Assembly: GCF_006345805.1 (NCBI RefSeq)
Contig: NC_043013.1
Location: 43,090,001-43,154,000, forward strand
Reading direction: 5' to 3'
Length of the DNA stretch: 64,000 nt
Source of the DNA: Octopus sinensis
Lineage: Eukaryota
Numbering within the stretch: position 1 is the first letter of the stretch; each line of letters begins with the position of its first letter. The notes under the pieces were generated by a model. The model ran no database searches. It was not told where the DNA came from and was given only the letters and a program-made list of their open reading frames with translations. Positions 27,301 to 35,874 of this stretch are shown piece by piece. The position numbers and the translations under genes were made by a program.

Positions 27301-30300
27301 CTTCTCATCTGATCACACATGTTGTTTCATTCACCCCTGCCCCAGGTCCTTCATTGATATCTATGACCAATCTTTTTTTCCCCCCAGAAAATTCTGCAAT
27401 TTCTTTACTGCTCATATCTTTCCAACAAATGTTGACTTGAAACAATATTCAAGAAGAATGTTGATGTTACCAGTCTCACCTGTCAAGAAGGCCTGTGAAA
27501 GCTATGGGTCCTGCCACTTGCTCCAGACCCATTAAGTATAAAAGAAAAAAAATGACTATTTGGTTACAGATTATTAATGACATCATGAGAGTAGGGAAAG
27601 CAGAACTGGAAGTTGAAGGCTGCTTTGATGAACATAACAAATAAGAAATGATAAAGTATTTGTGGAAGAGTCCTGTCTGAGATGTTAAATCAGTAACGAA
27701 CTGATGACTGGTCCAGAATAGTAATGATGTATAATATTTAACTTTGATTTTGGCTCTGTACAGGTCAGTGTTGATCCAAATGTTGGCAGGTGCACTTATA
27801 GGTCAGAGTTCTTGTTAGCGACAACTTCTATTTACATCACTGTTGGAGCATATACCAGCTTCTCTACAGAGTACACAACAGCCTCAGTTGTTTTTGTTCT
27901 GTGGTTACAAACTCCCTGGTGGTGTTGTTCTGCACTACATCAGATCAGATACAGCAGACCTTTGATCAAAAGTATTCCGTCCATGATCATTCTATGTATT
28001 TTTCAGATATAATATATAGGTCTACATTATCTAATACTAATAAAAATAGATAATGTAGACCTACATTATCTATTTTTTATGTTTATAAGACAGCAAAGAG
28101 GGATTTAAAGATTTGGCTGCTGTTTCTAGTTGCTTGAACAACCACATAGGAAGCACTTGTTTGGAGTTAAGACTATTCACTATCTTATTCTCTATTTGCT
28201 TAGCATTCAGTGCTATAGTTGTTTACTTCTGTTAACTTTATTTTGCTGTTTATTGTTTAAAATAGGATGGGGGAAATGAGTCATTCTATGAAGAGACCTC
28301 GTGGGGACGAACCCTGGAACGGACCCAGAAGATCCAGGATGAGTGGTTATAACAACAACACTTCTAGATATGAACCCCCATTCCAGAATGAATCATAGTA
28401 AGTTTCGCAAGATGGAGACAGTTCCTTCCTGACTTCATATTTACTGGAACTGTGTGGTTTTTCATTAGGTTTTTCTTTTTCTTTTTGCCTTTCTCAGCCT
28501 TTGACCTCTTGCACTTGTGTGTGTGTGTGTGTGTGTATACTTATGCCGATGCCATGTAAAATGCACTCATGCTGCTGGTACATAAAAATGCATCCAGCAC
28601 ACTGTAACATGGTTGGCATTAAGAAGGGCATTGAGCTGTAGAAATCATGCCAAAACAGACAATTGGAGTATGGACAGCTCTGCAGCTGGTCAGCTCCTGT
28701 CAAACTGTCCAACCCATGCCAGCATGGAAAACAGGCATTAAACAATGATGATATAACCATATATTTTCAGGTTCAGTCCCACTGTGTGGCACCTTGGGCA
28801 GGTATCTTCTATAGCCTCAGGCTGACCAAAACCTTGTGAGTGGATATGATAGACAGGAATTGAAATAAGCCTGTCATATGTATATAGTTGTGTGTTTGTG
28901 TCTCCTTGTCATTGCATGATAGTTGTAAATAAGCCTCACAATCACACAAGTGGTGTCGATCATTTCCAGTTGCAGGTGTAAACTTGTCCAGCTAGGGGGG
29001 AAATATAACCTTACCTGGAAGCAAGTGAGGGGGTGGGCAGTTGGAAGGGCATCTGGCTGTAGAAAATCTACCTCAATAAATTCCGTCAGACCATGTAAAC
29101 CTGGAAAAGATGTTAAATTGATAATGATTGTGTTTATGATATATATCATCATTATTGTCTGCCTTCCATGCTGGTGCGGGTTGGCTGGTTTGACAGGAGC
29201 CAGCCAGGTAGAAGACTACCCCAGGCTACTGTGTCTGTTTTGGCATGGTTTTTACAGGTGGATGTCCTTCCTAACACCAACTGACCCACAGAGTGGACTG
29301 AGTGCTTTTTACATGACCCCAGCACAGGTGAGGTCAGTCTTGGTGTGCCTTCCAAAAGCCAACCACTTCACAATGTGAACTGGATGCTTTTTATGTGGCA
29401 CCAGCACTGGCAGGGTCACCAAGTAACTTGCAAGACAAGGAATTTTGGAGGAGGTGATCTTGTGTCAGATGAAAGGTTAGAGTGTGACAGAGAAACAGAT
29501 AGGCAAAAACGGGTGTTTTGTTATAGAGGAGGTACATGGTTACATATATATTATGTCATTTCTCTTTTTCTCTGTCAGCTATAATGAATATGAGAATACA
29601 GATTATGGAAGACGGGCCGATCAGAAAGAAAGAGGAATGAGGAGTTGGGAAATGGGTCCTTCGCAAGATTTCCAAGGCAGATACAATGACTGGTCTCGGA
29701 CAGATGAAAACTGGTAATTTCCTTTTTTTTTTTTTTTTATCTGAATTTTTAGTCTTAGAGACCAGTCCAAACAGATGGCAGAGCCTGATGCAATCTTCTG
29801 CCAGTATGGGAAGCAGATTTTAAGTGATGATGATCTTACCTTTTTACAGATCACTGTTGAGCTAAACAAGCTACCATAAAAGCGAGTGTTAGTCTAAACA
29901 ACATCCTCTATATAGGTTAGTATTGGCATATACCCATGGTTCTATACAGGTCAATCTTGTTTTAACAAGATGACCTATACAGAACCATGTGTTTAAGCCA
30001 GGTCAAAATATCAAAGTGCCTTTTGTGCAGGTATATTTCTAAACACTTCTATAACAAAGTAAATTTGCTCTTTTTATGTCAGATTTACTTCTGTTTCCAG
30101 GACAGGCTTTGATGCAAGAAGAGATATTGGTCGAAGTAGGGGACCTGAAAGAAGATATAGTGGCCCTAATCGAGAACAAGATTCTGTATCATCTTATAAC
30201 AGAATGAGTCAAATGAGAAGTTCTCATGGTAAGTTTCTATTGTTTTACTCGATGTTTTTGACCAGCTCTCTCCCCCTCTCCATTTCACTCACTCACCGAC

Positions 30301-31286
30301 AGATGAAATTTTGTACGCTCTATTTCCCAATATAGTATTTTCACTGTTTCTCTGCCTTCTGAAGCAATCCCTCTTTCAATACAATCCCTTTCTTCCTTGA
30401 ATCCTATTCTTTACATATCTCATTATTCTGTTTTAATATTAATTTATTGGAATCTTCAGTTTTTATATTTGTGCACCTTTTCTCTGTCTTCCTTTTAGGT
30501 GGTGGATCTAACCAGAGATCTTGGGATTCCAGCAGTGCAGATAGGAAAGGGGACAGCTGGTCCCACACATATGGAGACATTGGCAACAGTAGCATGAACC
30601 AACCCAATGACCAGTGGTTTGGTAACCCCGTGAACTCAACAGGGCGTGACGCTACTGGAGCATTTGTTGACAGTAGTAGAAAAACTAACAGTAAAGGGAA
30701 GGGGTACAACCAGAGACCCACTTACAGTAAAGGGAAGAAGTACAACCAGAGATCCACTAACAGTGACGGGATGGGGTACAACCAGAGACCTACTAACAGT
30801 GAAGGGATGGGGTACTACCAGAGACCTACTAACAGTGAAGGGATGGGGTACAACCAGGGACCCACTAACAGTGAAGGGATGGGGTACAACCAGGGACCCA
30901 CTAACAGTGAAGGGATGGGGTACAACCAGGGATCCACTAACAGTGAAGGGATGGGGTACAACCAGGGACCCACTAACAGTGAAGGGATGGGGTACAACCA
31001 GGGACCCACTAACAGTGAAGGGATGGGGTACAACCAGGGATCCACTAACAGTGAAGGGATGGGGTACAACCAGGTACCCACTAACAGTGAAGGGATGGGG
31101 TACAACCAGACATCTACTAACATGTTTGACAATTCTCAGGCACAGGATGGGATCACGATGAATACATATGGTGGTGGTAATGATGGACAAATGCAACAGC
31201 CTTATTTCAGTGCTTACAACACAGGATACCAAAATGAAGGCTTTCCATCAAGTACAGTTGGGAGTCAGAACAGGTTGTTTAACTAG
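7871..31286 (+). CDS. SAFB-like: Diverged SAFB/SLTM-like RRM protein, multi-exon gene (about 927 aa without the stop-containing exon)
   Basis: Model: 7871-8106, 11542-11564, 12373-12464, 14688-14837, 17300-17394, 20293-20388, 21884-22006, [22642-22788 has TGA], 23025-23165, 24174-24320, 24444-24809, 25382-25513, 28266-28397, 29579-29713, 30101-30228, 30499-31286. All junctions are GT-AG and phase-consistent (2784 nt). The RRM NLRITGLPSNTCLDELKRLCSQYGT|ILGAKILSKKRKTGVQYRACIGMSQPEEAEKCIKFLNQTKIEGHKIKVLK aligns by eye to SAFB [32 protein letters not shown]...[24 protein letters not shown]. The start codon is uncertain. Confidence 0.75.
8223..8637. repeat. Direct duplication (period 229 bp) of a Penelope-relic-like segment bounded by (TA)n
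   Basis: Cores 8223-8408 and 8452-8637 read identical. A diverged relative lies at about 41905-42030. Confidence 0.85.
8863..8939 (-). ncRNA. Dead hammerhead remnant (3' half intact, CUGANGA core missing)
   Basis: Minus strand GCCTAT...ATAGGCT GAAA CAGCTG TA AGTG. Shares ataggctgaaacagct with the motif at 43541-43556. Confidence 0.5.
9375..9668 (+). mobile_element. RTE LINE 3'UTR fragment
   Basis: ...ggcgttaggaagggcatccagc...catgctagcatggaaagcgg...(gat)n. Further copies at about 32345-32730, 40954-41111(-), 43720-44058, 55520-55900(-), 58105-58435 and 60600-60915. Confidence 0.85.
10244..10280 (+). ncRNA. Minimal type I hammerhead ribozyme motif (U4C core variant) within a 57-bp-stem hairpin (10185-10309)
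   Basis: TGT CCGACGA ACG-GGAA-TGT GAAA CTC-C-GAG TA ACA: stem I 3 bp, stem II 3 bp, stem III ACTC/GAGT, GUA cleavage triplet. Confidence 0.65.
10458..10832 (+). mobile_element. tRNA-derived SINE (family A), near full length
   Basis: Head ggagtggctgtgtggtaag...gggttcagtccc, central (TA/TG)n, tail gcagtcaaatgactgaaacaagtaaaagag. Other copies at about 17455-17830(-), 18530-18890, 19660-20060(-), 22065-22450(-), 34844-35225, 49400-49760 and 50197-50660. Confidence 0.85.
11542..11564 (+). CDS. SAFB-like gene, 23-nt micro-exon (DQSNVDR)
   Basis: ttgttgtag|GGATCAGTCGAACGTTGACAGAC|gtaagt. Restores frame between the donor after 8106 (phase 2) and the acceptor at 12373 (phase 1). Confidence 0.6.
11715..12296 (+). 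mobile_element. Tc1/mariner internal-deletion derivative
   Basis: TIRs gggtgtccctaaagtctggacac / gtgtccagactttaggcacaccc with TA on both sides. Internal decayed WFQQD.SPAH...WIGR.G...SPDL transposase C-terminus. Confidence 0.85.
12373..12464 (+). CDS. SAFB-like gene, RRM first half
   Basis: taatag|CTCGC...GGCACA|gtatgt; RNHRWNLRITGLPSNTCLDELKRLCSQYGT. Confidence 0.8.
14688..14837 (+). CDS. SAFB-like gene, RRM second half
   Basis: ataccag|ATTTTG...CTTAAG|gtgagt; ILGAKILSKK...GHKIKVLK. Confidence 0.85.
15081..15518. mobile_element. piggyBac-like MITE (TTAA TSD) containing a second piggyBac-like MITE (15176-15390)
   Basis: TTAA at 15077, 15172, 15391 and 15519. An uninterrupted copy of the outer element at 16719-16932 is also TTAA-flanked. 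Confidence 0.85.
16719..16932. mobile_element. piggyBac-like MITE
   Basis: TTAA ccctttcgttac ... gtaacaaaaggg TTAA. Confidence 0.85.
17300..17394 (+). CDS. SAFB-like gene, coiled-coil exon 1
   Basis: atatcag|AAACGA...TTAAG|gtttgt. Only the phase-0 frame is open: KRWRQNSLWRKLELAQKQEESFRLFQHGEQLR. Confidence 0.7.
19295..19620 (+). mobile_element. tRNA-derived SINE (family C)
   Basis: tggctcagtggttagagc A-box head, then gttgtgttcttgagcaagacacttt. Fragments of the same type at about 11170-11310 and 44090-44380. Confidence 0.7.
20293..20388 (+). CDS. SAFB-like gene, coiled-coil exon 2
   Basis: ttttcag|GTGGGAG...TTGCG|gtgagt; WEKMKLQNQNLSKFEIGRQLLELNFRWTEVLR. Confidence 0.75.
21884..22006 (+). 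CDS. SAFB-like gene, duplicated exon A1
   Basis: aaatag|GCTG...CCCTG|gtaagt; 123 nt; ends SMFQFPFQNQPW. Confidence 0.75.
22642..22788 (+). pseudogene. Duplicated exon A2 with in-frame TGA (22682-22684): pseudo-exon or poison exon
   Basis: Intact aaatag| and |gtaagt sites, 147 nt. GAT TGA GGC AAC aligns to GAT GGA AGC AAT of A4. Confidence 0.7.
23025..23165 (+). CDS. SAFB-like gene, duplicated exon A3
   Basis: aaacag|GATG...CCTTG|gtaagc; 141 nt; ends SLFELPFHNQPW. Confidence 0.7.
24174..24320 (+). CDS. SAFB-like gene, duplicated exon A4
   Basis: aaatag|GCTG...TTTCG|gtaagc; 147 nt open frame. Confidence 0.7.
24444..24809 (+). CDS. SAFB-like gene, exon B1 with GGGSHSDVPEVS repeats
   Basis: ctcacag|TGTTAATGAATAC...AAACA|gtaatt; 366 nt; starts VNEYKNTDYG, homologous to exon B2. 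Confidence 0.7.
24514..24723 (+). repeat. Coding minisatellite, 36-bp unit, 5 full copies plus one partial
   Basis: ggaggtggaagcca(t/a)tctgatgtccctgaagtttcg. Confidence 0.95.
25382..25513 (+). CDS. SAFB-like gene, duplicated exon A5
   Basis: aaatag|GCTG...TCTCG|gtaagc; 132 nt; ends SRFDLPFQNESR. Confidence 0.7.
25850..26990 (+). mobile_element. Decayed RTE LINE fragments (linker region; ORF2 C-terminus plus 3'UTR)
   Basis: TWWNKEVDSAIRAKRQAWKDW at about 25910. RRGRPRKTWDGVLKANLKTL at about 26650, followed by a (gat)n tail at about 26980. Confidence 0.7.
28266..28397 (+). CDS. SAFB-like gene, duplicated exon A6
   Basis: aaatag|GATG...TCATA|gtaagt; 132 nt; ends SRYEPPFQNES. Confidence 0.7.
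29579..29713 (+). CDS. SAFB-like gene, exon B2
   Basis: tctgtcag|CTATAATGAATATGAG...AACTG|gtaatt; YNEYENTDYGRRADQKERG... Confidence 0.7.
30101..30228 (+). CDS. SAFB-like gene, R/G/S-rich penultimate exon
   Basis: tttccag|GACAGG...CATG|gtaagt; TGFDARRDIGRSRGPERRYSGPNR... Confidence 0.75.
30499..31286 (+). CDS. SAFB-like gene, terminal coding exon with prion-like repeat tail
   Basis: ccttttag|GTGGT...; open to TAG at 31284-31286 (ORF track 30447..31286). Confidence 0.8.
30678..31109 (+). repeat. Coding minisatellite, 12 x 36 bp (xxTNSEGMGYNQ)
   Basis: Directly visible, with higher-order order GPT-GPT-GST repeated twice. Confidence 0.95.
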
Positions 31287-31381
31287 AAAGAGATGGAGTC
31301 TGAGATACACTTTAATTTCTTTTATATTTTAATTCCTGATGGAGAAAAGGAAAAACATCATATGATCTTTTTTGTCCAAGC

Positions 31382-31387
31382 AATAAA
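31382..31387 (+). terminator. Candidate polyadenylation signal of the SAFB-like gene
   Basis: AATAAA about 95 nt after the stop. Confidence 0.45.
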
Positions 31388-34150
31388 AGCATTAAGCAGT
31401 GTTATGCTAAAAAACATATACTCTCGGATTTGTTTGCTGTGAACTCATTTACTTAAGTGATTTGAATTTATGGCTAACATGATAGCCCAAGAGAGTTCAC
31501 ATCTGTAAGATATGGGGAACACAGCTTGTGGGTCTTATAGTGAGTTTATGGCTAGAAGGAATAAGTACTTTCATGGTGTCCTAGAGAGGTGTGTGTGGGG
31601 GTTAGTTTACTAATAGTTACCAATGGAGCTCATGGATAGTGGTCTTAGACAGCCAGGTAAGATTACCTTTTTTTTGTAGGTAGATGGAGGGAACTAACTG
31701 ATAATCTGAAATAATTGGGAATGAGACTGTTGATATGTAGTTAGAGGCAGAAGAACAATTAGGTGACAAGGACATTTCTGAAAGGATGAACACCAACTGG
31801 GTCTTGGATGTCAATATGGAAGGTAGTTTATAAATAAAGATATGGCTACTAATACTGGACATTGCTCACCCCACATGCTGTATAAACATTTACTGATAAT
31901 TGATAATTTGTCCATCATTAGTCAAATAAAAACCATTTAATGTTTAATTTTCTTGTAAATTTATTTTGCCTGTGTTTTCTGTATTTACAGCATTTGAGCC
32001 TTAAAACAAAATTTCATTCATCATTGTTTTATGTCCATTCTCCATGTTGGCATGGATTGGGTGGTTTCACATGGAGTTGTCTGGACTCCAACTGTCTGCT
32101 GTGGCTGGATGCCCCTTCTTAATGCTAACTGCTTTTTACATGTCACTATCACAGACACATTTACATAGCAGCAGCATGGATGCTTTTTTAAGTGCTCCAA
32201 CACTTGAAAGGACAATCCTGTACATGTGGATGACAGCGATTTTACCGAGCCTCACATGTCTTATCAAGTACAACAAATTGCCACATCTCCTGGTCCATTG
32301 TCATTTCCTCATATATATATGCATATGTCATACTATTACTAATGCCAGCAAAACGGGACTGTGCTTGAGGAGACCTATTGAGTCAAGTACACCAACATCA
32401 AAATAAAAATCAAATGGAAATTGTAGTTGTGATACCCATGCCGGTGGCACGTAAAAGGCACCATCCGAACATGGCCGATGCCAGCGCCATCTTGGCTGGC
32501 TTCCATGTCGGTGGCACATAAAATGCACCAACCGATTGTGGCCATTGCCAGCCTCCTTTGACACATAAAAAAGCACCCACTACACTTGTGGAGTGGTTGG
32601 CGTTAGGAAGGGCATCCAGCTGTAGAAACACTGCCAGATCAGACTGGAGCCTAGTGCAGCCTCCTGGCTTTCCAGACCCTGGTTGAATCGTCCAACCCAT
32701 GCTAGCATGGAAAATGGGCGTTAAATGATAAGTTGCTAATGTAGCTTTGTAGTTGCTCAATTGCCAGAAATGGATAAATTTGCAACTTTATGGTGATTAC
32801 TTTATCATGAAAGGTGATAGCTGCCTTATTCAGTTTTTTTCTCAAACTGCTCAATGTCAACACGTCCATTGCTCTGAGGTGAATTTTAAGATCAACTGAT
32901 GATTTACAAAGTCAAGTTTTTTTCTGTTTGGCTTCACTTTTTAAAATTTTAATTTAGATGAAAATTTTCAAATTTGGTACATTGATGTAATTTTTTAATG
33001 TCGAATCTGGTGTTGTTATTCATTTGTTCTAAAAAGATTAGTAAAATGTTACAGAGGTTTAAAGTTTGATCATTTTTACCTGTCAGAAAACAAGATTCAG
33101 AAGCATGATGACAAAATAGAAGTTTTAATAAGTTTTATTGAATAAAGTTATGTGAAATGTTGGAAGAGACATGAAATGCAAAAAATTATTTTAAAAAATG
33201 GAAAATAAACTGAAACTGAACATTATATTACAAAAAAAAAACAGTTCAGTTCATACAGACAATACATATTTTGTTGTGAAAATTAAACAAGGAAAGCTTG
33301 CAATGCACTCAAGGAGTTTGTCAAACAAATTACAATTTTTTATATCTCCTGTGCCACAGAAACCCACAGAGATAAAATTCAACCATAGAATTGTGGGCCC
33401 CACAGTGACAACAACTGATAGGTGAAAGCAGGAAAACACAACATATCAGATGGGTAAGCAGAGCACACAACAGCTTAGATTATTATCTATGGAAACAGGC
33501 ACCAATATGTTTGTGGCTTTCAATTAGCTATAACTACCTAAAATTTGCAAACTTTAAGAAGCTATTAATTTCTGGCAAAAATGAATTTAATTTCCATAAT
33601 TAGCATACAAAGCTGCAGCTATACACCAAATTTGAAATCAATTGGAACAAAATTGAAAACTAAACATGGCAAGCAAAAGCATCTCCATATGTAGAATGAT
33701 CAGGGACATATATAAGATGTTCCTGTACAGATATCTATTTCTTTATTACCCACAAGAGGCTAAACATAGAGGGGTCAAACAAAGACAGACATGGGTATTA
33801 AGTCGATTACATCGACCCCAGTGCGTAACTGGTACTTAATTTATCGACCCTGAAAGGATGAAAGGCAAAGTCGACCTCGGCGGAATTTGAACTCACAACG
33901 TAACAACAGACGAAATACCGCTAAGCATTTCTCCCGGCGTGCTAATGATTCTGCCAATCGTCACAGTCCACGTTTAGATGTATGCTCATTGCTTCATACT
34001 TGCACAAATAGTTACGTTGTGGATGTGGTGGTAAGAAGTTGGTGTCTAGATTGCTTCAGTAATTATGTGTAGAATTTCATTTGATTAACCCTTTAGCATT
34101 CAGTTTTCTCTGTCAAGTGTAATATTCTCATTGATTTGAATTAGTCAAGC

Positions 34151-34500
34151 ACGAAACCAGTGGATTCATATAAAGCTAGAATAATAGAGGAAAGGACAGG
34201 ACATGCCCTCGTCCGTGAGAGGATTCATTACAACCGTTGGAAAAAGACATCAACTAAATAACGAAATCAAAGAGAGGTTATCTTCATTAATTAGGAAAAT
34301 AACCAGAGATGATGATAGAAAGAGAATCCAACAAGATCTAGAAAAGTCATACATGAAAGAATCTGAGATGGTGAAGACTCGCCAGATTAAGAGGTTTATG
34401 AAACTCGAAGCTCAGAGAATGGAGACTGAAGTCCGTCGCCCACCTTTCAAAAGCAGTAATTAATGTAAGTAGTCGACATCTAGGAAGCTCTGAAGAAAAA
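34151..34500 (+). mobile_element. Penelope-like retroelement ORF N-terminal fragment (frameshifted)
   Basis: KARIIEERTGHALVRERIH / RIQQDLEKSYMKESEMVKTRQIKRFMKL / KAVINVSSRHLGSSEEK. The last resembles the PLE pre-RT VINLSSR.L...E motif (from family knowledge, not aligned). Confidence 0.65.
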
Positions 34501-34505
34501 AAAAA

Positions 34506-34765
34506 CCTACGGGCATATGGCGAAGTGGTTAAGAGCGCGGCTACTAGCCCTAAGATTCCGAGTTCGATTTCTGGCAGTGACCTGAATAATAATAACATCG
34601 AAAAATACCTAAGGAATGAGAACCCAGGTTCGAAATTTCCCCCAAAACACCTGATGAAGGCTGGAGGGTATATCAACCGAAACGTTGTGTTAACAACAAA
34701 CAAGATGAGGACAAATATCCGTCAAATGTAAATAATGTACATAATTCCTCATCTCTTAAATATAG
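34506..34765 (+). mobile_element. tRNA-headed SINE-like unit containing a hammerhead motif
   Basis: A box TGGCGAAGTGG at 34518-34528 and B box GAGTTCGATTT at 34560-34570, then (AAT)n, body, hammerhead and tail. Two more copies at 48077-48624. Confidence 0.8.
34647..34690 (+). ncRNA. Minimal type I hammerhead ribozyme motif
   Basis: ACAC CTGATGA A GGCTG-gagggtatat-CAACC GAAA CG TT GTGT: stem I 4-5 bp, extra A after A9, stem II 4 of 5 paired, palindromic ACGT stem III, GUU triplet. Confidence 0.7.
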
Positions 34766-35425
34766 ACTTGTATTACCTTTAATCGAGTAGTATATTCCTC
34801 GTTTCCTAGTTATGGCATATAACTGGTTAGAAATTACTATTGGTGCAGGAGTGGCTGTGTGTTAAGTTGCTTGCTTATCAACCACATGGTTCCGGGTTCA
34901 GTCCCACTGCGTGGCACCTTGGGCAAGTGTCTTCTACTACAGCCTCGGGCAGACCAAAGCCTTGTGAGTGGATTTGGTAGACGGAAACTGAAAGAATCCA
35001 TCGTATATATGTATGTGTGTGTCTGTGTTTGTCCCCTCAACATCGCTTGACAACCGATGGTGGTGTGTATACGTCCCCGTCACTTAGCGGTTTGGCAAAA
35101 CAGACCGACAGAATAAGTACTAGGCTTCCAAGGAATAAGTCCTGGGGTCGATTTGCTCAACTAAAGGCGGTGCTCCAGCATGGCCGCAGTCAAATGACTG
35201 AAACAAAAAAAAGAGTAAAGAGAGAGTATTGGTTTCGTGTCTACAATTACACTTGGCTATACTTGACGATTCATCAGATTTAGGGAATTAACGAAGTAGG
35301 GCTGAGGAAGCGGGCAGTTATCAAATCCAGTCTTCGTCACATAGCCAGACTATTTCAATTAAATTTTCAAGAGTTCGAGTAGGGTTACCTCCCTTCGTTA
35401 TTATTTATTTATATTTATCTCGCTT

Positions 35426-35439
35426 GGCCCCATAGCAAC
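35426..35439. promoter_or_regulatory. RFX X-box-like motif upstream of tektin
   Basis: GGCCCCATAGCAAC matches 13 of 14 positions of GTHNYYATRRNAAC, 164 bp before the ATG. RFX control of ciliary genes is established. Confidence 0.55.
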
Positions 35440-35602
35440 CATCCCGTGTTGTTAGGACGCTACTACTGATGAAAACATCGCTCTCTCACTTTGCTCCTCT
35501 CTTTATTTTATATACATTTCTTTCTCTCTTTTTAACTCCCATCTCCTCTCTACGTTTACTTCATATAAGTACATTCGTAACAGAAAAGGATAAAACTTCA
35601 AA

Positions 35603-35874
35603 ATGGCTGCGTGTGTCGTGGGCCCGAACCTAAATACTTGCCAACCGGCGGGCGATGTGGGTGAAGCGAGTATCATACACCCACCGGTGGAATGTGGACC
35701 AAAAGGTGAACTTGACTGTAGGACCAAGAGAGAGACATTCGAAGATTCAGTGCTGATGACTAACACTGGAAATGATATGGGTATCTCGACCCAAGGTTAC
35801 CGAAGCAACAAATATAACGATATGGAGTGGAATAACAATAACTACGCCAAATATTTTCAATCTGCCTCTGACAG
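35603..35874 (+). CDS. TEKT4: TEKT4 exon 1
   Basis: caaaATGG start; donor CAG|gtaaac. Confidence 0.85.

Noticed and set aside
21190-28265. Conserved intronic gatttggctgctgtttctag blocks as docking or selector sites for mutually exclusive splicing
   Set aside because: The same motif occurs elsewhere (reverse at about 44612-44635) as part of a dispersed repeat, so it was probably co-duplicated passively. I found no complementary selector pairing by eye.
24514-31109. CRISPR-like appearance of the 36-bp repeats
   Set aside because: The repeats are contiguous with no unique spacers, lie in coding frame, and the context is a eukaryotic gene.
30404-31232. Alternative-frame and antisense ORFs over the 36-bp repeat (also 24413-24789)
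   Set aside because: By-products of a stop-free tandem repeat; only one frame joins the spliced model.
34518-34575. Functional tRNA gene
   Set aside because: A and B boxes are present, but there is no complete acceptor stem or terminator and the head is fused to a repeated body, so it is SINE-like.
35225-35280. Minus-strand CTGATGA...GAAACCAATA hammerhead-like string
   Set aside because: Stems I and II do not pair convincingly; at best a very decayed relic.
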